Source: an uncultured Dehalococcoidales bacterium
Lineage (GTDB): Bacteria > Chloroflexota > Dehalococcoidia > GIF9 > AB-539-J10
Length of the DNA stretch: 64,000 nucleotides
Direction: 5' to 3'
NCBI GenBank assembly: GCA_964394145.1
Contig: CAYMVL010000025.1
Coordinates: forward strand, 96,493-160,492
Part shown: piece by piece, positions 27,411-34,796 of the stretch
How the letters are laid out: every line of letters begins with the position of its first letter
Position numbering within the stretch: position 1 is the first letter of the stretch
Notes under the pieces: model-generated
The model's database searches: none
Seen by the model: the letters and a program-made list of their open reading frames with translations, nothing else
What the model was told of the DNA's origin: nothing
Position numbers and translations under genes: made by a program

Positions 27411-27619
27411 AGATAGCCTAACCTCCTTAATCTTTCTCTGATTGCTCTTACCTCTTCCTCGGTAAGCCTGTCCCCTCCCTTTATCTCGCCGCTGGATGCC
27501 AGATTGCGCATAACAAAGATGATGAATTCCGTCACGCTGGAGAAGCCTGTCCCTTTTATCATCTGCGTCAGGCTCAGATAAAGCTCCCTTGGTATCTTGA
27601 TGGTGACCCTGTCTCCCAT
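27407..27619 (-). CDS. ribbon-helix-helix (CopG-like) small protein, paralog of 27192-27410
   Basis: MGDRVTIKIPRELYLSLTQMIKGTGFSSVTEFIIFVMRNLASSGEIKGGDRLTEEEVRAIRERLRRLGYL. Same beta-strand/helix pattern and C-terminal RLxxLGYL motif. Confidence 0.6.
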   Translation of the reverse strand: MGDRVTIKIPRELYLSLTQMIKGTGFSSVTEFIIFVMRNLASSGEIKGGDRLTEEEVRAIRERLRRLGYL

Positions 27620-27679
27620 AACACCCCAATTAGAGTGCAATTGTACTGCAGCATCCCCCCTCGATGCAAGAGCTGTGGC

Positions 27680-27926
27680 AGGCTGCCCAAGCTGGGCCTA
27701 AGCAATCCCGGGGCAGCCATGAGATTGCCGCGCTTCGCTCGCAATGACATGCCATTTTGTCGTTGCGAGGCTGGCCAGACCAGCCGAAGCAATCTGAGGG
27801 GCCAGCGATGGGATTGCCGCGCTTCGCTCGCAATGACATCCCGCTTTGTCGTTGCGAGGCAGGCAAAGCCAGCCGAAGCAATCCCGGGCCAGTGATGAGA
27901 TTGCCACGCTTCGCTCGCAATGACAT
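27680..27926. repeat. tandem array (~2.8 copies) of an 87-89 bp unit, each containing a 12-bp hairpin
   Basis: Units at 27719-27807, 27808-27894 and 27895-~27926 (truncated), plus a partial unit at 27680-27718. The unit begins atgRgattgccgcgcttcgctcgcaatgacat. The inverted repeat ctcgcaatgaca / tgtcgttgcgag allows one G-U pair. It lies between the rfbD stop and the RHH gene start. Confidence 0.8.
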
Positions 27927-27963
27927 AGGAGACACGAGCCCCGCAATAACACGCGGATTATTC

Positions 27964-28833
27964 TCAGGCTATGTGCCCTCTGGCAACCAGGTAATGCTTG
28001 AGCGCTTCCTGCCAGGGCCTCATGTCATCCAGGCCCAGGAGCCGCAGGTGGTAATTGTCCAGCACGGAGTAGCCGGGCCTTATGGCTTTCTGGGGATACC
28101 GGTCTGAGCTTATCGGAATTACCGGGGTCCTCAAGCCCGCCAGCTTCAGTATCTCTCCGGCGAATTCGTACCAGGAACAGGAGCCCCTGTTGGTGATATG
28201 GAATATGCCATAGTATTCGGTCTGGAGAATCTGGGCTATCTTCCCAGCCAGGTCGCCGGTATAGGTGGGGGAGAATACCTGATCATTGACCACCTTGATT
28301 TCGTCGCGCTCTCCGGCCAGCCTGAGCATGGTTTCGATGAAGTTGCCGCCTTTGCCGCTGGAGCCGGCCAGGCCGAAAAGCCCCGAAGCTCTGATGATGA
28401 AGTGCCTGAGGCAAAGATGGCGGACAAGGTCTTCCCCGGCCAGCTTGGACTTGCCGTAAACGCTGAGGGGGACAGGCGTCTCGAATTCGGTGTAGGGGGT
28501 GCTTCGTGGCTCAGCATTACCGCCGAAGACGTAGTCGGTGCTGAGATGTATCAGCTTAGCGCCGAGTTCCTGCGCGACCACCGCGACATTGCGGGCTCCC
28601 AGAGCGTTCACCTGGAAGGCTTTCTCCTTTTCGTCTTCGCAGTCGTCAACGCGAACACAGGCGGCGGTATTGATGATGACATCAGGATTGCGCTTGAGCA
28701 TGGCTCCCCTGACGGAAGCCATGTCGGCAATTTCGATATCGGTATGGGTAAGGGGAATGACATCGAAGTCATGCAGGGCCCGGCACAGATCAGTGCCCAG
28801 TTGTCCGTTAGCGCCTGTTACTGCTACTTTCAC
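27964..28833 (-). CDS. rfbD: dTDP-4-dehydrorhamnose reductase
   Basis: KVAVTGANGQLG Rossmann motif and RmlD topology. The GTG start at 28833 overlaps the rfbB TGA stop as GTGA. The longest ORF, to 28893, would overlap rfbB by 64 nt. Confidence 0.85.
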   Translation of the reverse strand: MKVAVTGANGQLGTDLCRALHDFDVIPLTHTDIEIADMASVRGAMLKRNPDVIINTAACVRVDDCEDEKEKAFQVNALGARNVAVVAQELGAKLIHLSTDYVFGGNAEPRSTPYTEFETPVPLSVYGKSKLAGEDLVRHLCLRHFIIRASGLFGLAGSSGKGGNFIETMLRLAGERDEIKVVNDQVFSPTYTGDLAGKIAQILQTEYYGIFHITNRGSCSWYEFAGEILKLAGLRTPVIPISSDRYPQKAIRPGYSVLDNYHLRLLGLDDMRPWQEALKHYLVARGHIA

Positions 28834-29834
28834 CTTTTGAGGTACATTTCCTCGTAGTATCTTGAGTATTCGCCGCTCTTGATTGACTGCCACCAGGACC
28901 GGTTGTTCAGATACCAGTCAACAGTAGCACCCAGGGCTCCTTCAAAGGTGTAAGCCGGCTTCCAGCCCAGCTCCGCAGTTATCTTGGTGCAATCGAGGGC
29001 GTAGCGGCGGTCGTGGGCGGGACGGTCGGAGACGAATTGTATCAGGCTCTGCGGTTTTCCCAGTAACTCCAGCAACCTGTGGATAAGCTCCAGGTTGCTC
29101 TTCTCATTGCCGCCGCCGATATTGTATATCTCTCCCGGCCGGCCTTTCTGAAGCACGGCATTGAGAGCCCGGCAGTGGTCGTTTACAAAGATCCAGTCCC
29201 TGACATTGAGGCCATCGCCGTACACGGGGACCGGCTTATCCTCCAGAGCGTTGGTGATAGCCAGCGGGATTAGCTTCTCGGGAAACTGGTATGGTCCTAA
29301 GTTGTTAGTACAGCGGGTGATGATTACCGGGACATGGTGGGTCCTGAAGTAGGCAAGAGATAAGAGGTCGGCAGCAGCCTTGCTGGCTGAATACGGGCTG
29401 CTGGGTGACAGAAGCGATTGCTCATCGAAGCGGCCAATATCAACAGAGCCGTAGACTTCATCAGTGGAGACCTGGACAAATCTCCCGATCCCGTGCTTTT
29501 TTGCCCCTTCAAGGAGCACCTGAGTCCCCTTAACATTGGTCTCAATGAATGGAGAGGCGTCCATGATGCTGCGGTCAACGTGGCTCTCGGCGGCACAATT
29601 CACAACGAAATCAAAGCCCTCACCGAGCAACCTATCTACCAGCTTCCTGTCAGCTATATCACCTTTGATGAAACGGTAGCCGGGCCGGCCTTCCATATCC
29701 TTTAAGTTCTCCATGTTGCCGGCATAGGTGAGCTTGTCCAGATTGCTTATCTCCCAGTCGGCATGTTCTTGCCGGATATGGCGAATGAAATTAGAGCCGA
29801 TGAAGCCGGCGCCCCCGGTGACCAGTAGCTTCAT
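28830..29834 (-). CDS. rfbB: dTDP-glucose 4,6-dehydratase
   Basis: MKLLVTGGAGFIGSNF... and a YSASKAA catalytic motif. The ATG at 29834 is preceded by GGAGGAGG and overlaps the rfbC stop as ATGA. Confidence 0.9.
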   Translation of the reverse strand: MKLLVTGGAGFIGSNFIRHIRQEHADWEISNLDKLTYAGNMENLKDMEGRPGYRFIKGDIADRKLVDRLLGEGFDFVVNCAAESHVDRSIMDASPFIETNVKGTQVLLEGAKKHGIGRFVQVSTDEVYGSVDIGRFDEQSLLSPSSPYSASKAAADLLSLAYFRTHHVPVIITRCTNNLGPYQFPEKLIPLAITNALEDKPVPVYGDGLNVRDWIFVNDHCRALNAVLQKGRPGEIYNIGGGNEKSNLELIHRLLELLGKPQSLIQFVSDRPAHDRRYALDCTKITAELGWKPAYTFEGALGATVDWYLNNRSWWQSIKSGEYSRYYEEMYLKR

Positions 29835-30400
29835 TTCGCCTCCTCCATGTAGTGAAACCGGATATCGGCATCCCTCAGAGCGGGCCATTTTTCATCTTTT
29901 GCGGATAAAATAGGGTCTTTAACAGGCCACTCGATATTCAGCTCTGCATCATTCCAGATAATACCGGCTTCAGATTTGAGTGAGTAAACATCGGTGGTCT
30001 TATATATCACTTCGGCAATGTCCGAAAGAACACAGAAACCATGGGCCAGTCCTGCCGGGATATAGAGCATATTCCTGTTTTCCTCCGACAGGACTACACC
30101 CACCCATTTGCCCCGCGCAGGCGAGCCCTCTCTTATGTCAACGGCGACATCAAATATCTCGCCCCTTACCACCCTGACCAGCTTCCCCTGCGCGAAAGGC
30201 GGCTTCTGATAATGCAGCCCCCTGAGAACGCCTTTGCTGGAACGGGAGTGGTTCTCCTGGACAAAAGCCGCCTTTATGCCACCAGCAACGAAGTCCGGCA
30301 TCTTGTATGTTTCCATAAAGAAACCCCTGCCGTCTTCAAATACCTCTGGCTCTATCAGGACCAGTCCTGGAATATCTAGCGTCTTGAAAGCGAATGGCAC
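29831..30400 (-). CDS. rfbC: dTDP-4-dehydrorhamnose 3,5-epimerase
   Basis: RmlC cupin (GLVLIEPEVFEDGRGFF, RGLHYQ). GTG start at 30400 with an AAGGGAGAGG SD. Confidence 0.9.
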   Translation of the reverse strand: MPFAFKTLDIPGLVLIEPEVFEDGRGFFMETYKMPDFVAGGIKAAFVQENHSRSSKGVLRGLHYQKPPFAQGKLVRVVRGEIFDVAVDIREGSPARGKWVGVVLSEENRNMLYIPAGLAHGFCVLSDIAEVIYKTTDVYSLKSEAGIIWNDAELNIEWPVKDPILSAKDEKWPALRDADIRFHYMEEAK

Positions 30401-30420
30401 GTAAAACCTCTCCCTTGCTG

Positions 30421-30530
30421 GTTCAATAGTTCAATGGTTTCATGGTTCAATAGTTCAATAGTTCAATGGTTCAATGGTTTCATGGTTCAATCGTTGTTGG
30501 TTTTTTGGTTGCTGGTTTGCTGGTTCTTAA
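30421..30530. repeat. 8-nt periodic simple repeat (GTTCAATR) x9, decaying into GTTGYTG-like units
   Basis: gttcaatagttcaatggtttcatggttcaatagttcaatagttcaatggttcaatggtttcatggttcaatcgttgttgg... fills the rfbC to four-helix-bundle-gene spacer. The degenerate part encodes the C-terminal KPATKKPTTIEP tail of the four-helix-bundle protein. Confidence 0.8.
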
Positions 30531-30878
30531 GTAGCGAATGAAACCCTGTAACATCCTGGCAACTTTGCTGCATTGCTCCGTTAATGAGTCGAATTGATTA
30601 CCACTAATGTAATGCAAATCCAAAGCGGCGTAAAGTTGGGATTGAGCCTCTGCTGTAGAACGTAGAGAATAGCCCAGGAAAGTTGTAAATTCTCTGTTCG
30701 ATTGACACATAAAACCTTCGGCAATATTGGACATAACAGATATAACAGCCCGCTGAATTTGATCTCTCAACTCTCGGTCATTTTTGAATGGTGCTTTATT
30801 AGTGGCTTCATAAACCATCTTAACCAGTAACCTTGCCTCTCTCCATGCCTCTATATCCTCAAATCGCTCAATCTTCAT
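30480..30878 (-). CDS. four-helix-bundle protein (23S rRNA IVS protein / Avd-like family), second copy
   Basis: MKIERFEDIEAWREARLLVKMVYEATNKAPFKNDRELRDQIQRAVISVMSNIAEGF...STAEAQSQLYAALDLHYI, the canonical TIGR02436 pattern. Inserted between rfbA and rfbC. Confidence 0.8.
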   Translation of the reverse strand: MKIERFEDIEAWREARLLVKMVYEATNKAPFKNDRELRDQIQRAVISVMSNIAEGFMCQSNREFTTFLGYSLRSTAEAQSQLYAALDLHYISGNQFDSLTEQCSKVARMLQGFIRYLRTSKPATKKPTTIEP

Positions 30879-30887
30879 TAACTCTCA

Positions 30888-30935
30888 AACTATCTAACCA
30901 TCAACTATCTAACCATGTAACTATCTAACCACCCA
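30888..30935. repeat. about 3 tandem copies of a 15-16 nt unit ACTATCTAACCAYSW
   Basis: aactatctaaccatca / actatctaaccatgta / actatctaaccaccca fills the entire rfbA-stop to four-helix-bundle-start spacer. Confidence 0.7.
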
Positions 30936-30943
30936 ACCATCCC

Positions 30944-32035
30944 CTACAGCTCCACTCTGGCATCGTCGCCGACGAAAAGCCTCAGCGCCTTCAATGTCTG
31001 CCTGCCTTGTGTTACCTCGGTGCCCCGGCCTATAACGCTATCAGCCAGGCGCTCGATTCCAGAGATACGGCATCTCTCCAGTATCACCGAGTGCCCGATG
31101 GACGACCCCTCTATCACAGTACCCGCTCCAACGCTCGTGAAAGGGCCGATGAATGAATTCTTAACCTTACAGTCCTGATCTATGGAGACCGGCCCCCTGA
31201 TGGTGCTGTTTTCTATGCTTGTCCCTTCTCTGATTTCGACTCTGCCGGCCACCTGGCTGCCGGCATCAACCTCACCCCTCAAGTCGCGCTTTACAAATTC
31301 ATCAAGTACAACGCGGTTAGCTTCCAGCAGGTCGTCTTTCTTGCCCGTATCCAGCCACCAGCCTGTGAGGATATGGCTTCGGACCTTCTTGCCGGAATCA
31401 ATGAGCTGCTGGATGGTATCGGTTATTTCAAGTTCTCCCCGCCAGGAGGGTTCTATCCTCTCTATTGCACGGTGCACTTCTCCTGTGAAAAGATAAACGC
31501 CGGGCACTGCCAGATTTGTCTTCGGCTCGCGTGGTTTTTCCACAATGCTGGTTATCTCGCCTCTCTCGTTTAGTTCGGCAACGCCGAACAGACGCGGGTC
31601 TGGGACCTCTTTAAGCAGGACAAGCGCATCAGCCCTGTTTGTCGTAAACTCCTGAACAAAACTCCTGACGCCGCCCTGAATAAGATTGTCGCCAAGAAAC
31701 ATCAAGAAGGCAGAATCGCCCAGGAAGTCCCGGGCTGTCTTCACAGCATGGGCAAGCCCCAGAGGTTCGGATTGTAAAATGTAAGTAATTTGGGCATTCC
31801 ACCTTGAACCATCGCCCACAGCTTCCTTTATCCCCTGCCCCGTTTCCGGTGAAATAATAATTCCGATATCGTCTATCCCGGCTTCAGCGACCTGCTCCAA
31901 AACATAATACAGTATGGGCTTATTAGCCACCGCAATAAGCTGTTTCGCCAGAGTGTTGGTTAGGGGCCTGAGCCTGGTGCCCTTGCCCCCGCAGAGGATA
32001 ATAGCTTTCATGCCGGACAGGCGCTGCTCGTTCAT
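30944..32035 (-). CDS. rfbA: glucose-1-phosphate thymidylyltransferase, long form with C-terminal left-handed beta-helix domain
   Basis: N-terminal [11 protein letters not shown] nucleotidyltransferase motif. It is 363 aa with a C-terminal hexapeptide-repeat region ([20 protein letters not shown]...). An alternative ATG at 32011 gives MKAIILCGG. Confidence 0.85.
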   Translation of the reverse strand: MNEQRLSGMKAIILCGGKGTRLRPLTNTLAKQLIAVANKPILYYVLEQVAEAGIDDIGIIISPETGQGIKEAVGDGSRWNAQITYILQSEPLGLAHAVKTARDFLGDSAFLMFLGDNLIQGGVRSFVQEFTTNRADALVLLKEVPDPRLFGVAELNERGEITSIVEKPREPKTNLAVPGVYLFTGEVHRAIERIEPSWRGELEITDTIQQLIDSGKKVRSHILTGWWLDTGKKDDLLEANRVVLDEFVKRDLRGEVDAGSQVAGRVEIREGTSIENSTIRGPVSIDQDCKVKNSFIGPFTSVGAGTVIEGSSIGHSVILERCRISGIERLADSVIGRGTEVTQGRQTLKALRLFVGDDARVEL

Positions 32036-32122
32036 TCGTTTATCCTGTCTTCATTCCTCATCATACAGGAAAGGCTCTCCACGGACAATAGCTATTTGGT
32101 AAGGGGCTTTCACGTTCGTAAT

Positions 32123-34504
32123 TCACGACCCGGCTGGCCTGACATACTCAAAGATCTTTATCTGCGGTGAACTGTGACCTGCCAGCGTCGCCGTGGCAGG
32201 AGATTCATAGACTATCCTGTAGCTGTGCAACTCCTCCAGAGGCACAGCGCTGGCGAAGGGATCGGCGCTCACTATGCGCTGCTCTCCCGGCTCCTGGCTC
32301 GACATATACGCCTCTGCCTCGCCATAGCTGGAAAATGACTCTACCTTGGTGATTATCTTGTAGTCTGTCCCCTCCTGGCTGACCACCCGGTAAGAGATAA
32401 CAAGTATCTGCCCGGGCAGCTGAGCCTTAGCATCAAAGTTGTAAAGCCTGACCACCATAGAATTATAATAGGCAGGATAGAACAGGGTTATCTGCTCCAG
32501 TTTGCCGTCTCCGCTTTCCTGATAATAGGTGTCGTAGAACTCGTCCTGGCTCCCTCCCACCCACTGCGGCATGGCATAGAACTTGGAGCTGGCCATAGCA
32601 TGGTCAATTATTATGTATTTTGAGCCGACCTTGTCCATCATTTCCCCGGCTGAATCCTCGTCCTGAGCAAGGAAGAAGTGCGCCACATTCTGGACACCCT
32701 GCTGAAACGGGTTGGAAACGGGTATACGGTGGGCGATGCGGCTTATCCAGTGACCGTAGTCCCACCAGGAGAGTACGCTATAGGCGGTATCGGGGTACTG
32801 AAACGGTGTCTCATATAGCTGATAATAGGCATCAGGGTCGTCAAAGGGCTCAGGGCTATTAGACTTGAGCCACTCAAGCGAGCTATGCCACGCCTCGGTG
32901 ATGAGAAGTGGATTCCGGGCAATTGCCTCAGCTTTGCTGAAATTGGGGAAGAAGATAAGAAAGAAAAGGGCTACACCGGTCAGGATTACCCTGACCCGAA
33001 GAATCTTGCGCTGCCGCAGCGCCCTCACGTCCACCCGCCCCTCAACTCTCCTTTTCTGCTTTGCCTTCCTTGTTTGTACGTAATCTTTGACCAGATCAAC
33101 AGGCTCAGCCAGTAACTGTTTCAGCCCGGCGAAATCCAGGACCCTCCAGGCGAAATATCCTGCCAGCAAAGCCGCATTTACGGCGAAATAATAGCTGAAG
33201 CGGCGCTGCCCCAGAACGGCTACCAGCATTATCAGGCTCCATACCAGGAACAGCGTTTTATCTGGGCTCTCTTCCTTGATGCTGCGGTAAATCAGCCAGC
33301 CAAACGATATGAAGCAGATAAAGAAAGAGGTGGTGAAGTTGACCCAGGCTATCCTGAGGGAGAATGTGCCGTACGGCAACAGTAAAGGCTGCATCTCCAG
33401 TATGGTCAGGGCAGCACCGGCAGGGCTGAAGATGCTAAATCTAGCGAGCATTGAGTGGAGCAAGGCTGGATTAGCGGCATGAAAGATAGCAAGACCGATG
33501 CCGGCAAGCGCGGCCAGCGCTACAGGATAGAAGAAAGGCCTGACGCCTTGCCGGGTCATCACTCTGGAAATGCCGCTCAAGGCTACGGGCGCCAGTATGG
33601 CAACCAGGAAGGAGGCGGTATAGATAGAACTGAGCTGGTGTGCGGATAGATAAGGGAGATTGATTATAAGGGAGACAAGGAAAACCAGCACTCCAATCAT
33701 ACACAGGTAATCGGTTGATTTACCCCGCACGTGGTCTATGATGAACTGAATTAGCAGCCAGGCAGATATGATGAAGATAAGCAGCAGACCACCCACCCAG
33801 GTGAGAAGATAGATGCCCAGGAAGATGCCGGCAACTAAGGCATAAATGAGGGGCTTGATTACTTTGTTGCGCTCCCCTGTCCTCCCCCCTGAATGCAGAG
33901 GAAAAAGATGGTTGAAGGATATCTCTCTTTCTTTGAATTTCTTTACCGCCAGTATCAGGAATAGTATAGTCACAGCAGAGAATAAGCTCTCGGCCACATG
34001 GTGGTCCGCAAAGCCAAGCAGCGAGCGATTCAGAAATTCACCCGGCAGTACGGCCACCAGGCCCGCAGCGACTACACCCACCCAGCGATTGAATAGCTGC
34101 CTGCCTATGAAATAGACCGGAACAATCGTTACGGCAGCGAGAATGGGTGGAAGATAAGCTCCCGCTAAATCTATGCTGTGCTGCGACGGCGAACCCAGGT
34201 CAAGCAGCCAGGCGAAGCCGCCTACAAGCCAGTCAAAGAAGGGGGGCCAGGGCACCATGGTGCCACTGGGATAGTAGGTATAGGGGTCAAAAGCGATGCG
34301 GTGGGGAAAGTGCTGCAACAGGTTATCCACCAGCCTCATGTGGTACCAGGCATCGGTGCCTTGAAACCACACCGAGCCATGGCCAAAAACGTTGTCATAG
34401 GGCAGGGCTATACGAATATATAGAGAAATCCCGGCTATGATGAGCAGGGCTATGGTAACGATAAGGGATGGCCGGAGGCGACTTCTATTCACCTGAGTCG
34501 ACAT
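32123..34504 (-). CDS. aglB: oligosaccharyltransferase, STT3/AglB/PglB family (GT-C fold)
   Basis: 793 aa with about 13 N-terminal TM helices and a C-terminal periplasmic domain carrying the diagnostic WWDYGHWI motif. A downstream MMDKVGSKYIIID segment resembles the DK/MI motif. First gene of the 13-kb minus-strand cluster. Confidence 0.85.
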   Translation of the reverse strand: MSTQVNRSRLRPSLIVTIALLIIAGISLYIRIALPYDNVFGHGSVWFQGTDAWYHMRLVDNLLQHFPHRIAFDPYTYYPSGTMVPWPPFFDWLVGGFAWLLDLGSPSQHSIDLAGAYLPPILAAVTIVPVYFIGRQLFNRWVGVVAAGLVAVLPGEFLNRSLLGFADHHVAESLFSAVTILFLILAVKKFKEREISFNHLFPLHSGGRTGERNKVIKPLIYALVAGIFLGIYLLTWVGGLLLIFIISAWLLIQFIIDHVRGKSTDYLCMIGVLVFLVSLIINLPYLSAHQLSSIYTASFLVAILAPVALSGISRVMTRQGVRPFFYPVALAALAGIGLAIFHAANPALLHSMLARFSIFSPAGAALTILEMQPLLLPYGTFSLRIAWVNFTTSFFICFISFGWLIYRSIKEESPDKTLFLVWSLIMLVAVLGQRRFSYYFAVNAALLAGYFAWRVLDFAGLKQLLAEPVDLVKDYVQTRKAKQKRRVEGRVDVRALRQRKILRVRVILTGVALFFLIFFPNFSKAEAIARNPLLITEAWHSSLEWLKSNSPEPFDDPDAYYQLYETPFQYPDTAYSVLSWWDYGHWISRIAHRIPVSNPFQQGVQNVAHFFLAQDEDSAGEMMDKVGSKYIIIDHAMASSKFYAMPQWVGGSQDEFYDTYYQESGDGKLEQITLFYPAYYNSMVVRLYNFDAKAQLPGQILVISYRVVSQEGTDYKIITKVESFSSYGEAEAYMSSQEPGEQRIVSADPFASAVPLEELHSYRIVYESPATATLAGHSSPQIKIFEYVRPAGS

Positions 34505-34796
34505 GAGCCGAGTTCGAAATCTCCTCCATGTTGCGTAAAGCCGGCCAAATTCGCTGCCCGAACATACTGGTAAGACATTTTAGGTTAAACGGGCCGGCAA
34601 AGCAATACTTAGTTCGCTGGTACTCAGACAAGGACGCGGGTGCCACACAAGCAGCTCAGACGAAATCAGTATCCATAAATCCCGGGCAACACAATAACGG
34701 TTACCTGCGTGACCCCTGATTGACTATGCGGGGTGCTTCAGACAATTTCCAGTGTTGTCCACACTCAACCCAATAAGAAGCCGCAATTTATAGCGT

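Noticed and set aside
27680-27926. Possible CRISPR array
   Set aside because: Units are about 88 bp and directly abutting, with no unique spacers of regular length between conserved repeats. No cas genes in the window. Better described as a hairpin-containing tandem repeat.
27574-27952. Several overlapping ORFs on both strands (MSLRAKRGN..., MLLRGSCLLCHCERS..., MSLRGWPDQPKQ...) in the ORF track
   Set aside because: They are translations of the 88-bp tandem repeat array in different frames. The repeated peptides reflect DNA repeats, with no RBS, no domain similarity, and mutual overlap.
25136-30878. Diversity-generating retroelement (the four-helix-bundle proteins resemble the DGR accessory protein Avd)
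   Set aside because: No reverse transcriptase ORF and no template/variable repeat pair anywhere in the window. The four-helix-bundle family is much broader than DGRs.
32123-34504. Window could be archaeal because of the AglB-like oligosaccharyltransferase
   Set aside because: NrdR, DprA, EF-P, trigger factor, ClpP, RuvX/YqgF, DNA pol III delta, YchF and the bacterial-type tRNAs and SD usage all indicate a bacterium.
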